Origin: a bacterium
Lineage (GTDB): Bacteria > UBA8248
DNA: 64,000 bases
NCBI GenBank assembly: GCA_965207065.1
Contig: OZ242260.1
Span: 3,712,001-3,776,000, forward strand
Direction of reading: 5' to 3'
Shown piece after piece: positions 30,150 through 39,074 of this stretch. The notes beneath the pieces are model-generated. The model was not told the DNA's origin, searched no databases, and saw only the letters and a list, made by a program, of their open reading frames with translations. Positions within the stretch are counted from its first letter, which is position 1, and each line of letters begins with the position of its first letter. The translations under genes were made by a program, and so were the position numbers.

Positions 30150-31088
30150 TTACGCCGAGAGTTCTCGCAAGTGCGCTACGACGGAGCGCTCCAATGCGTC
30201 GAGATTGTACCCACCCTCGAGCAGACAGATGAGCCGCCCCTCGCAATGGCTTGCGGCAAGTTTCTTCACCCACCCGGTCAGGCGGGCGAAACCGGCTTCG
30301 GTGATCTTCAGCCCACCGAGCGGGTCGTCGCGGTGCGCGTCGAAACCCGCAGATACGACAACCGCTTCGGGACCATGCGCCTCGATGGCGGGGATGACGT
30401 TTTCCTCAAATTTCGCCAGATACGCCTCCTCAGAGGTTCCCGCAGCGACGGGAATGTTGAGCGTCTTGCCCTCCCCGGCTCCTTCTCCGGTTTCGTTCGC
30501 AAGGCCCGTGCCGGGATAGTGGGGATGCTGGTGCAGGGAGACGAAAAACACGTCCGGATCTTGCCAGAAGATATCCTGCGTGCCGTTGCCGTGATGCACG
30601 TCCCAATCCACCACGGCAATTTTCCGGAGGCCGTGTTGTTCCTGCAGATACCGCACCAGGATGGAGGCGGTGGCGAAGAGACAAAAACCCATCGACTGAA
30701 ACGGCAAGGCGTGGTGGCCCGGCGGCCTGGCGGCGCAAAAGGCGTTGTCCGCCTCACCACCAACTACGGCGTCCGCCGCACTCAGGGCCGCTTCCACGGA
30801 TGCGATCGCAGCCTCATAGCTTCCCGGACCAGCCTGCGTGTCTCCACCGTCCAGAATACACCTGCCGCTCGCACAAGCCTCGCGCACGAAGCGGTGGTGC
30901 TCTTTCTCATGCACCCGCAAAACCCACTCACTAGCGGCGTGGGGCTTACTCTCCATGTGTATGAGCGATGCGACTTGCGGGAGAATTCTCTCGGGCGCGA
31001 GACGCCTGGCGCGCTCTACGTTCTCCACATGCCGGCCGTTATCGTGCACGAGCGATTCGGGCGTCCAGAAATAAGCGGTTCTGCTCAA
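30150..31088 (-). CDS. histone deacetylase family protein
   Basis: RPPGHH, MGFCLF, DWDVHHGNGTQ, SAGFDAH..DPLG, LEGGY motifs. Confidence 0.96.
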   Translation of the reverse strand: MSRTAYFWTPESLVHDNGRHVENVERARRLAPERILPQVASLIHMESKPHAASEWVLRVHEKEHHRFVREACASGRCILDGGDTQAGPGSYEAAIASVEAALSAADAVVGGEADNAFCAARPPGHHALPFQSMGFCLFATASILVRYLQEQHGLRKIAVVDWDVHHGNGTQDIFWQDPDVFFVSLHQHPHYPGTGLANETGEGAGEGKTLNIPVAAGTSEEAYLAKFEENVIPAIEAHGPEAVVVSAGFDAHRDDPLGGLKITEAGFARLTGWVKKLAASHCEGRLICLLEGGYNLDALERSVVAHLRELSA

Positions 31089-32002
31089 TGGAGTCTCACC
31101 CTCGGGTCGAGGACGGAATACATCAAGTCAACAATAAGGTTCAAAGACACGAAAATCAGGGCGGTGATGGTCACAGAGGCCTGGACCAGGGGGAAATCCT
31201 TGGCGTAGACGGCCTGAATGAGAAGTCTCCCCACGCCCGGCCAGGAGAAAATCGTCTCGACGATTACCGCACCCCCCAGCAGATGCCCGAACTCCAGGCC
31301 GATTATCGTGATGACCGGGATCATTGAGTTTCTGAGCACGTGCAGGTTGATGACGATCCATTCGGAAAGCCCCTTCGCACGGGCGGTCTTCACGTATTCA
31401 TGCCGGAGCACTTCCAGCATGGAGCTTCGGACTACCCGAGTGTTTCTCGCGATCGAGTAAGTAGAGAGCGCGATGGCGGGCAATATCAAATGCTCCCAAC
31501 CGCTTCTACCGCTCACGGGCAGCCACCTCAGACTCACCCCGAAGATGAGGATCAGCATCAAGCCGAGCCAGAAAACGGGCATGGATTGCCCCAGTAACGC
31601 GAAAAGCATCCCCCCGTGATCATACGGTGAGCCGCGCTGCGTCGCGCTCACGACCCCTAACGGAAATGCCAGGATAATCGAGAGTACGAGCGCCACGAGG
31701 GCGAGTTCCAGTGTCGCGGGCAGGCGCTCCATGATGAGTTCGAACGCGGGCTGGCGGTAGCGCAGACTTTCGCCGAAGTCCCCCTGCACGGCCCTGCCCA
31801 CGTATCGCCCGTATTGCACGAACCAGGGCTTGTCCAGCCCCATATCTTGACGGAGTTGCTGGACCTCCTGAACCGTCCAGTCCTCGCCCACCATGGTGTC
31901 GGTCGGATCGCCAGACAGGAACAAGACGGCGAACGAGATGAAACTCACGCCGGCCACGACCACGATGGCCCGCAGGAATCGTCTGAAAAGATAGGCACCC
32001 AT
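31085..32002 (-). CDS. peptide/nickel ABC transporter permease (DppB-like)
   Basis: GDFGES, SMPVFWLG, TARAKGL, ETIFSWPGVG, DPR motifs. Confidence 0.95.
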   Translation of the reverse strand: MGAYLFRRFLRAIVVVAGVSFISFAVLFLSGDPTDTMVGEDWTVQEVQQLRQDMGLDKPWFVQYGRYVGRAVQGDFGESLRYRQPAFELIMERLPATLELALVALVLSIILAFPLGVVSATQRGSPYDHGGMLFALLGQSMPVFWLGLMLILIFGVSLRWLPVSGRSGWEHLILPAIALSTYSIARNTRVVRSSMLEVLRHEYVKTARAKGLSEWIVINLHVLRNSMIPVITIIGLEFGHLLGGAVIVETIFSWPGVGRLLIQAVYAKDFPLVQASVTITALIFVSLNLIVDLMYSVLDPRVRLH

Positions 32003-32003
32003 T

Positions 32004-33551
32004 TTATGGATTCACTTCTTTCAACCGAATCGTAGGCAGGTAGATTCTCTCATCCGGTCTCGGCGTCCACTGTGTCCTCGCGCTCAGACCGAAAAAATCA
32101 TACTGGTTCCAGAGAAACACCCATGGGCTATCCGCGCGAACAATGCGCTGCATCCGGTAGCTGATTCTTCTGCGCTCAGCGGGGTCGAACGTCTGACCGA
32201 GCTTCTTGTAGTTTCGAATGAACTCGCGGTTTCTCCAGGCGGTGAGGTTCGCGAACAGGTTGGGCCTCAACACGCCCAAATCGAGCTCTTCGTTGAAGGC
32301 GGAGCTGAACCCGTGAAAATACAAGGGCGCCAGCGTCTTTTTCCTTCTTCTCGCGAGGAAAACGGACCACTCCAGCGGAATCACCTCCACGTGGACGCCC
32401 ACGGTTCGGAAATAAGCAGCCAAAAATTCAGATATCTCCTTTCCTTTCAGATACCTGGATGCAGGAACTTCAAGTTGTATCTCAAATGGTTTTCCATTCA
32501 TTTCCAGCACGCCGTCCCCATTCGTGTCCTTAAGGCCGGCCTCGGCGAGGAGCGCCTTCGCCTTTCGGGGATCGTAGGCGTACGCCTTCATGTCCGGGGC
32601 GGCGTTCGGGGGGTTCACGATGCTCCGCATCCGCGAACCGTGACCCAGAAAAACGTTTTTTGCGATTGCCTCGAAATCAATCGCATGATTCAGCGCCCGG
32701 CGGATGCGTACATCGCCCAGCACCCCGTGATCCGTGCGAATCCCCAGGTAAATCCTGCGTCCTCCCCGAGTCCCTTTGAGCTGCAGACCTTCTCCTCTCG
32801 CCAGGATGGTTTTCGACTGATCGGGCGAGATGTTCATAATAATGTCGGCCCCGCCCGTCTCAAGTTCCGCTATCCGGGCCGATGCCTCGGCCACCGGCCT
32901 CCAGAACACTTTTTTTATCGCAGGCTTACCCCGCCACCAGCCCTTGTTGGCCGCCATCTCGATGCGGTCGTCCTTGATCCATTTCACCAGTTTGTAGGGC
33001 CCAGTTCCCACAGGTTTTTTCAACAATTCCTTGGGCGGAGTCGACGAATAATACCTGGGCGGCAGCATGAAAGCGTTGACCATCCAGACCGGCAGGGTGG
33101 CTACCGGACGCTTCGTGTGAATCTTCACGGTGTGGGAATCCACTTTTTCTATCCTGTCGAGGAATATCCGCCTGTACACCGTGATGCGCGGCTTCAGCTT
33201 CTTATCCCGCATCCGATCGAACGTATAGCGCACGGATTCTGCATCGAACGGCTCGCCGTTATGAAACTTCACACCCTTGCGGAGATGAAACGTCCAGACT
33301 TTTTTCGTCTCATCCACCTCCCAGCGCTCGGCCAGAGCGGGACCCAGCGTCATATCGCCGCGCCGCTCGATGAGCGGGTCGAACATGTTCATCAAGATGC
33401 TCCACTCGATGGTGGCGGTGGCGAAATGGGGGTCGAGCGTATTGGCCTCCACCGAGAGGATAACCGTGAAAGGCCCTTTTTTCGCTTCGCGGCCGCAGGC
33501 GGTGAGCGCCACGAGCAGCAGGCAAAATCCGCACAACAAGGCCCTTTTCAT
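32004..33551 (-). CDS. peptide ABC transporter substrate-binding lipoprotein (family 5)
   Basis: Lipobox LTAC; TLDPH, LRKGVKFHNG, GTGPY motifs. Confidence 0.94.
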   Translation of the reverse strand: MKRALLCGFCLLLVALTACGREAKKGPFTVILSVEANTLDPHFATATIEWSILMNMFDPLIERRGDMTLGPALAERWEVDETKKVWTFHLRKGVKFHNGEPFDAESVRYTFDRMRDKKLKPRITVYRRIFLDRIEKVDSHTVKIHTKRPVATLPVWMVNAFMLPPRYYSSTPPKELLKKPVGTGPYKLVKWIKDDRIEMAANKGWWRGKPAIKKVFWRPVAEASARIAELETGGADIIMNISPDQSKTILARGEGLQLKGTRGGRRIYLGIRTDHGVLGDVRIRRALNHAIDFEAIAKNVFLGHGSRMRSIVNPPNAAPDMKAYAYDPRKAKALLAEAGLKDTNGDGVLEMNGKPFEIQLEVPASRYLKGKEISEFLAAYFRTVGVHVEVIPLEWSVFLARRRKKTLAPLYFHGFSSAFNEELDLGVLRPNLFANLTAWRNREFIRNYKKLGQTFDPAERRRISYRMQRIVRADSPWVFLWNQYDFFGLSARTQWTPRPDERIYLPTIRLKEVNP

Positions 33552-33580
33552 GCGCAAATTTCCTTCAAAAAGCAAAACGA

Positions 33581-34513
33581 CTACATATCATCGCCGAGGC
33601 GGGGGTCCATGTAATCCCGCAGCCAGTCGCCGATGAGGTTGATGCTCAAAACCGTCGCCATGATGGCGAGACCCGGAAAAGTCGCCATCCACCACGCGCC
33701 TCTCAGATATTCGCGCCCTTCGGAGAGCATGCCCCCCCAGGTGACGACAGAAGGCGGAACGCCGAGCCCCAGGAAACTGAGCGAGGATTCGGAAATAATG
33801 TTTCCCGCCACGGCGAAGGTGGCGATGACGATGAGAGGCGAGAGGGTGTTGGGCAGAATCTGCATGAACAATATGCGGTATACGGGATAGCCCAGGGCGT
33901 GGGTGGCCTCCACGAATTCGCGCTCCCTTATCGAGATGACCTGGCCTCTCACCACGCGGCCATACGCCACCCACCGGCTGATCCCCAGTACGATGATGAT
34001 GTTGAACAGGCCCGGCCCGATGACCGCCATGATCGTGATCGCCAGCAAAATAAAGGGAAACGCCAGTTGAATCTCGGAAAACCCGCTGATGAGATCGTCT
34101 ATTTTCCCGCCGAAAAAGCCGGAAACAAGACCCAGAACGATGCCGATCACCCCCGAAATCACCACCGAACTCAAGCCCACCAGAATGGAGACGCGGCCCC
34201 CGTAAATGAGCCGGCTCAGAATATCCCGGCCCAGCGCGTCGGTTCCCAGCATATAGCTCGCGCTTCCTCCCTCCATCCAAACGGGAGGCTTCAGACGCAG
34301 GTTCACGTCCACCTTACTCGGGTTTTGCGGCGCGATGAGAGGAGCCGTAAGGGAAAAGACGACCAGCATAATGAGGAAAACGCCGCCGAGCATCGCCGGT
34401 TTGGATCGCATCATGCTCCGTCGGAATATCTCCCACCTGAGCTCCGATTCCGACATCATGGGGTATACATCCGATTCAAAAGCAGATTCGGACATTGTTC
34501 TATCTTCGGACAT
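33581..34513 (-). CDS. peptide/nickel ABC transporter permease (DppC-like)
   Basis: LGTDALGRDILSRLIYG, ESSLSFLGLG, WGGML, GDWLRD motifs. Confidence 0.95.
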   Translation of the reverse strand: MSEDRTMSESAFESDVYPMMSESELRWEIFRRSMMRSKPAMLGGVFLIMLVVFSLTAPLIAPQNPSKVDVNLRLKPPVWMEGGSASYMLGTDALGRDILSRLIYGGRVSILVGLSSVVISGVIGIVLGLVSGFFGGKIDDLISGFSEIQLAFPFILLAITIMAVIGPGLFNIIIVLGISRWVAYGRVVRGQVISIREREFVEATHALGYPVYRILFMQILPNTLSPLIVIATFAVAGNIISESSLSFLGLGVPPSVVTWGGMLSEGREYLRGAWWMATFPGLAIMATVLSINLIGDWLRDYMDPRLGDDM

Positions 34514-34665
34514 TCACCTGCTCTCGCGCCTCGGAGGCGGTAATTCGGGAGTTGATTCGCTTTGTATCCTAGCATAGCGCACTGTGAGTTGCAGAAAAAT
34601 TGTCAATACCGAAATGTCGAATTGTGTTGATATCCACAAGGCTATCGAATTAGAATCGCCTGTTT

Positions 34666-36159
34666 TTGAATTTTGGAGCCGCTTGGACAATTGTGAAGAT
34701 TCTCGGTGAAGGAATTCTCTCCTTGCCCTCCTACAATAAAGATAATTTCAATGAAGTGCTGATTTCCGCCGTTCCGGACGGATCGACGTTCGGTTTCCAG
34801 GGCCTGCGCGCAGTCGATTCGATCACCATGGAGAGCATCGTCCCCCTCGATTTCCTCATCGCCTGCGACTACGGACTCGACGGGCCTGAATGGGACAGGC
34901 GCCTGCGCTATTTCGCCGTGGAGCGCGGGCAAAACAAGCGCATCGTGTGGACGCACTCATCCCTCGTAGAAGCATACGAAGGAGCGTTGGGTTCGCAAAT
35001 TCGGAAATTTCTCTCAATTGGAGATGCTCCCCGGTACGTCATCCCCTACCGCTCCACGGAATTCCTCGGCAAACTCGCAGAAGAAGCCGATGGCAGGCTC
35101 CGCATCCTGGCGAATCCGGTGGAAATCAAGACGAGATTCGACGACAAAATTTCCTTCCGGCGCCGGGCCGTCGAAGCGGGGTTCGCCGTTCCACCGGGCG
35201 ACGTGGTGGCGTTGGGCGAACTTGGGCCCAATCAAATCGAGCAATTCGGGCCTGTCATGATCATTTCGGAGCAAATCGGCTCCTCAGGCAACCAGACGCA
35301 CCTCATCGACTCACCCGAGGCGCTCGCGAATAAACGCGATGAACTCATCGAAAAGCTGGGAGCCGATGCGCCGGTGATCGTCAGTACGTTTCTAAGCGGG
35401 CCCGCCGTCGGCACGGCGGGGCTGATTTATGGCGGCAAACCCTGGATGTCTCATCCTTCGGTGATGTTCACGGGCATCCCCGGCTGTTCAATGCACCGCT
35501 TCGATTACGCCGGAAGCGACTATGCGGCGTATCGGCTGGTTTCCGAAAAGAGCCGGCGAAAAATCGAGGAATTCACTCTGAAAATCGGAGAATGGATAGC
35601 CGAGGCGGGCTACCGGGGTATATACGGCGTCGATTTCATCGTCCATCAGGACGAACCCTACGCCCTCGAACTCAACCCTCGCGTGCTGGGAACCACGCAA
35701 CTGATGACCGAACTCGAGGAAAAACACAGCAGCGCACCCACCACCACCTACTGGCATCTGGCCGAATTCCTGAATCCGGACGCCGCTCTCGACGCGCATC
35801 AGGATCTGCTCGCCGAACTCAGCCGACCGGATTTATCCGGTTACCAGCTTTTGATTCGAAACACGAGGAGCTCGAAAATGAGAATCGGCCATTCGCTGGA
35901 GCCCGGCATCTACACCATCCAGAATGGGAGGCCTGAATTCATCCGGCGAGGCTTCCGCCTGAGCGACGTTCAAGGGCAGGATGAGGTGCTCGTCACTTGC
36001 TCTCCTCCGGCGAAAGGCACCATAGTAGAGCCGAGGGGAGCGTTCTGTAAGCTTGAGGGCGTCTCATCCATCTATGAAGGGGAAGAAGAGCAGATATCCT
36101 CCGCCGCCCGGGAAATGATAGATGTATTCACGCGCAGTCTCGCTCTTTCTCCCGCTTAG
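34666..36159 (+). CDS. ATP-grasp domain protein (putative amide/peptide ligase)
   Basis: FDDKISFR, GSSGNQT, GYRGIYGVDF, ELNPR motifs; true start may be TTG 34723 (AAGGA RBS). Confidence 0.82.
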   Translation: MNFGAAWTIVKILGEGILSLPSYNKDNFNEVLISAVPDGSTFGFQGLRAVDSITMESIVPLDFLIACDYGLDGPEWDRRLRYFAVERGQNKRIVWTHSSLVEAYEGALGSQIRKFLSIGDAPRYVIPYRSTEFLGKLAEEADGRLRILANPVEIKTRFDDKISFRRRAVEAGFAVPPGDVVALGELGPNQIEQFGPVMIISEQIGSSGNQTHLIDSPEALANKRDELIEKLGADAPVIVSTFLSGPAVGTAGLIYGGKPWMSHPSVMFTGIPGCSMHRFDYAGSDYAAYRLVSEKSRRKIEEFTLKIGEWIAEAGYRGIYGVDFIVHQDEPYALELNPRVLGTTQLMTELEEKHSSAPTTTYWHLAEFLNPDAALDAHQDLLAELSRPDLSGYQLLIRNTRSSKMRIGHSLEPGIYTIQNGRPEFIRRGFRLSDVQGQDEVLVTCSPPAKGTIVEPRGAFCKLEGVSSIYEGEEEQISSAAREMIDVFTRSLALSPA

Positions 36160-36172
36160 GACTTGGTGAAAA

Positions 36173-37342
36173 TTGAAACCAGATTTATTCGCATCCACCA
36201 CCCGAGGATTGTTTCTGTCGCCTGAAAGCCCATTTACGTTTGAGGGGGAATTCACACCCGACCCCAGGCCCGTTCCCTCAAACGGAATCGCGCTGGGCGA
36301 AGTCGTCGCGACGCCCAAGAACGCTCCCATCGATCGCCTGGAATCACTCGAAGTCCTCCGGGGAACGCAGGACGCCTGGAATACGAGCGAAATTAAATTG
36401 CGCGAAAAAATGAACGTGGCCGTTGCGATCGGCGGGCGCTATGCGAATCGCAGCATTTCGGGCCGAGAGCCGGACTCGCCCGCAGAGCCCGGAGCCGTAC
36501 TCGACCTGTTGAACGTCGGCGGCGTCTGCGGGATCCGCGCGAACCCCGAAACGCCGTGCGTCAAAATAGAGGTGAAAGGGGGCGTCTCGCTTCGAGGCGA
36601 ACCCGCTCAGCTTTCCCATCTCCCCGTCATCCCCGATACAAGGTGCCCCGTGGATGAAGAGGGAATTCCCTGCGCTCCCATCATCCTGGTGACCGGCTCC
36701 GAGATGGACGTGGGTAAAACGACATGCGCCTCTTCGCTCGCCTCCGCCCTTCACTCTTCGGGCATCCACGTCTCATACGTGAAACTCACCGGAACCGGCC
36801 GGATGCGGGATCTCATGCAGGTGAACTACGGAAGGCCGCTCGGGTTTTTCGACTCGGCGAGACTCGGCTGGGATTTCGTCGATGCGGGTCTTGCTTCCAC
36901 GTGCGGCGTCCCTGGACACAGGGTCAGGCGATGCGCCCAAAACCTGCTTCGCCACGCATGCGCGAAGGCGGAAATCGTAATTGCGGAACTGGCGGATTCT
37001 CCCTCATCGGACGCCAGCCTTCACGTAGCGAGCGACCCATGGGTCAGAGACTGGCTCGCGCGCAGGGGTCTGTTAATCTGCGCATGTGATACGCTGGAAT
37101 CAACACTCATCGTTCATTGGATTAGAAGCCACCTGGGGGTGGATGAGGAGAACATGCTGATTTCCGGAAGGCTCGCCAACGAAGCGCACGCGCGCGAGGA
37201 GGCGTACCGGATGACGGGGATACGCGCCTTGAGCTGCATCGCCCCGAACCCCACCTCCCTTGCAACCGACAATGCCGTGGGCGGCGCCATTGCGGACTGG
37301 GTGATCAAACACTTCATGCGTCAGCGCAAGTCGGTGTTCTAG
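36173..37342 (+). CDS. P-loop NTPase-like protein, DUF1611-related
   Basis: GSEMDVGKTT, KLTGTGRMRD, DFVDAGLAST motifs. Confidence 0.72.
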   Translation: MKPDLFASTTRGLFLSPESPFTFEGEFTPDPRPVPSNGIALGEVVATPKNAPIDRLESLEVLRGTQDAWNTSEIKLREKMNVAVAIGGRYANRSISGREPDSPAEPGAVLDLLNVGGVCGIRANPETPCVKIEVKGGVSLRGEPAQLSHLPVIPDTRCPVDEEGIPCAPIILVTGSEMDVGKTTCASSLASALHSSGIHVSYVKLTGTGRMRDLMQVNYGRPLGFFDSARLGWDFVDAGLASTCGVPGHRVRRCAQNLLRHACAKAEIVIAELADSPSSDASLHVASDPWVRDWLARRGLLICACDTLESTLIVHWIRSHLGVDEENMLISGRLANEAHAREEAYRMTGIRALSCIAPNPTSLATDNAVGGAIADWVIKHFMRQRKSVF

Positions 37343-37359
37343 GTCTCGAGAGCGAAACC

Positions 37360-38976
37360 TTGGCCTCACGTAAAACATTCAACCATCCCCGAATCGCACG
37401 TGAACCCTCTCTCTACCATCTCACGCCCGATGCAAGCGGCGGCGCCTGGGATCTGTACCGCGTGAGCCAGGAGTTCGATTCGATTGAAGGTGATCTGAAC
37501 GAAACGCTAATCGAAAGCCTCAACCACTGGGCGTCGCGCGAGCCCCGTTTCACAGACTTGCGCATTCTGGAAGACTCGCCACCCATTCAACGCCCGGGAG
37601 AAATCCTTTTGCTGGACGGCTCCCCGAGCCGACTGCCCCTCACCATGGAAACGGCGCGCGTAATGAGAGCGCACTTGAAGCAACTCGGGCTGTCCATCCC
37701 CGTCAGGGTACTGAACCGGCGCGAAGAACTTCTGGCGCGCGCCGCAAAGGCACCGAAAGAACTGCTCGTCATCAGTCAGACCGCCCAGAGAAGCCTCTAC
37801 GACGCGACCCTCGCCAAGGTTCTGGAGGAGCGGGGAATCGTCGTGGCGCCGGGGTCTCTCACCGCTCCCGGCGGGCCGCTCTCCAACAAGAAAACCACCT
37901 ATGAACTCCTGAATGGAAACGGCGAGAACGTCCAAAACCCGAAATCGGACGGGCATGGACATCGGCTGACAGCCCGCTATGAAGTGGTGGAATTAAACGG
38001 GGGAAGACCTGCGGACACCGCCGCCGCCATCCTGGATTCCGCCTCCGCCTTGTCGCAGAAATGGGGGGCGGGGACTTTCTTCGTCAAACCGCAAGAAGGC
38101 GGCGGGGGACGTGGATGTTTCCGGCTGGACGTCTACCCCAACGGGTTCGGGATGCCGGATTTAAGCAGGCTCGGCGTAGCGGCGGAACATGCGACACCCC
38201 TGCCCTTGTCCCTTGACGCGGAAAACCCCTATCACCTCCAGGCGATGGACTGGCTTGTTCAACGCTTCCAGGCCAGCCCTGCGACTTCGAGAGCCTATAT
38301 CAAGACCCAAAGGGTGGAAGGCGGCTCTTCACCGGACGTTTTGGGGGAAATGCTCAGGAACTGCGCGCCCAGACTCGAATCCGAACTGCGCGAAGCATCC
38401 CGCTCCCGGGAGGATTCGATTCGCCTCCTGGCGAGCGCCATCGAAAACTACGAGCAGGTATTCGACACGCGCTATCTGCCGCTGATATGCAACTGGATCG
38501 ATTTCGGCCTGTTCAGCATCCGCGTGCATCTGAGACTCAGCCGCGAGGGAATCGTTGTGGAAACGATCTACGCCCGGCTATTTCCGGTGGAATTCTCGGA
38601 TGATTCGGTCGGGGTCGTCGGCGTGGACAGCATTACGAACCGCACGGAGGGAGGCATGGAACTGAACCGCTATGCGCCATTGTTACCCCCTCTGGTCGCA
38701 TACGCGGGAGGCGCGGAGAGATTGTGCGAGAAGATTCGCGGCGCTTTTGACGCGTTCGCGCGCTTTTTGTCCCTCCTCGACCCCGGGGAGCGCGGCAGAG
38801 TGCCAGTTCGGGCCGAATTCGACCTATCGCCGCTCAACGGCCTGATCGCCGAGGGCAACGCCGACCCCGTCCGCGCCCAATGCGCCAACAGCCGCTGGGA
38901 AAGGTTCAGCGAAAACTGCGCGCAGTGGACGGATGACGCCTTGTCGTTCTACTCATGGAAATCTCAAAAAGTCTAA
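37360..38976 (+). CDS. divergent ATP-grasp-like protein
   Basis: SNKKTTYELL, FFVKPQEGGGGRG, EFD...EGN motifs; 538 aa. Confidence 0.68.
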   Translation: MASRKTFNHPRIAREPSLYHLTPDASGGAWDLYRVSQEFDSIEGDLNETLIESLNHWASREPRFTDLRILEDSPPIQRPGEILLLDGSPSRLPLTMETARVMRAHLKQLGLSIPVRVLNRREELLARAAKAPKELLVISQTAQRSLYDATLAKVLEERGIVVAPGSLTAPGGPLSNKKTTYELLNGNGENVQNPKSDGHGHRLTARYEVVELNGGRPADTAAAILDSASALSQKWGAGTFFVKPQEGGGGRGCFRLDVYPNGFGMPDLSRLGVAAEHATPLPLSLDAENPYHLQAMDWLVQRFQASPATSRAYIKTQRVEGGSSPDVLGEMLRNCAPRLESELREASRSREDSIRLLASAIENYEQVFDTRYLPLICNWIDFGLFSIRVHLRLSREGIVVETIYARLFPVEFSDDSVGVVGVDSITNRTEGGMELNRYAPLLPPLVAYAGGAERLCEKIRGAFDAFARFLSLLDPGERGRVPVRAEFDLSPLNGLIAEGNADPVRAQCANSRWERFSENCAQWTDDALSFYSWKSQKV

Positions 38977-39074
38977 GCTAGAATCAACCTGTTCAGCACA
39001 GCCTGCGTTCCGGAAATCCCAGAGGGCGGGATACACGCGAAGGACCCTCATCCACCGCTCTACAAGTGATTGAC

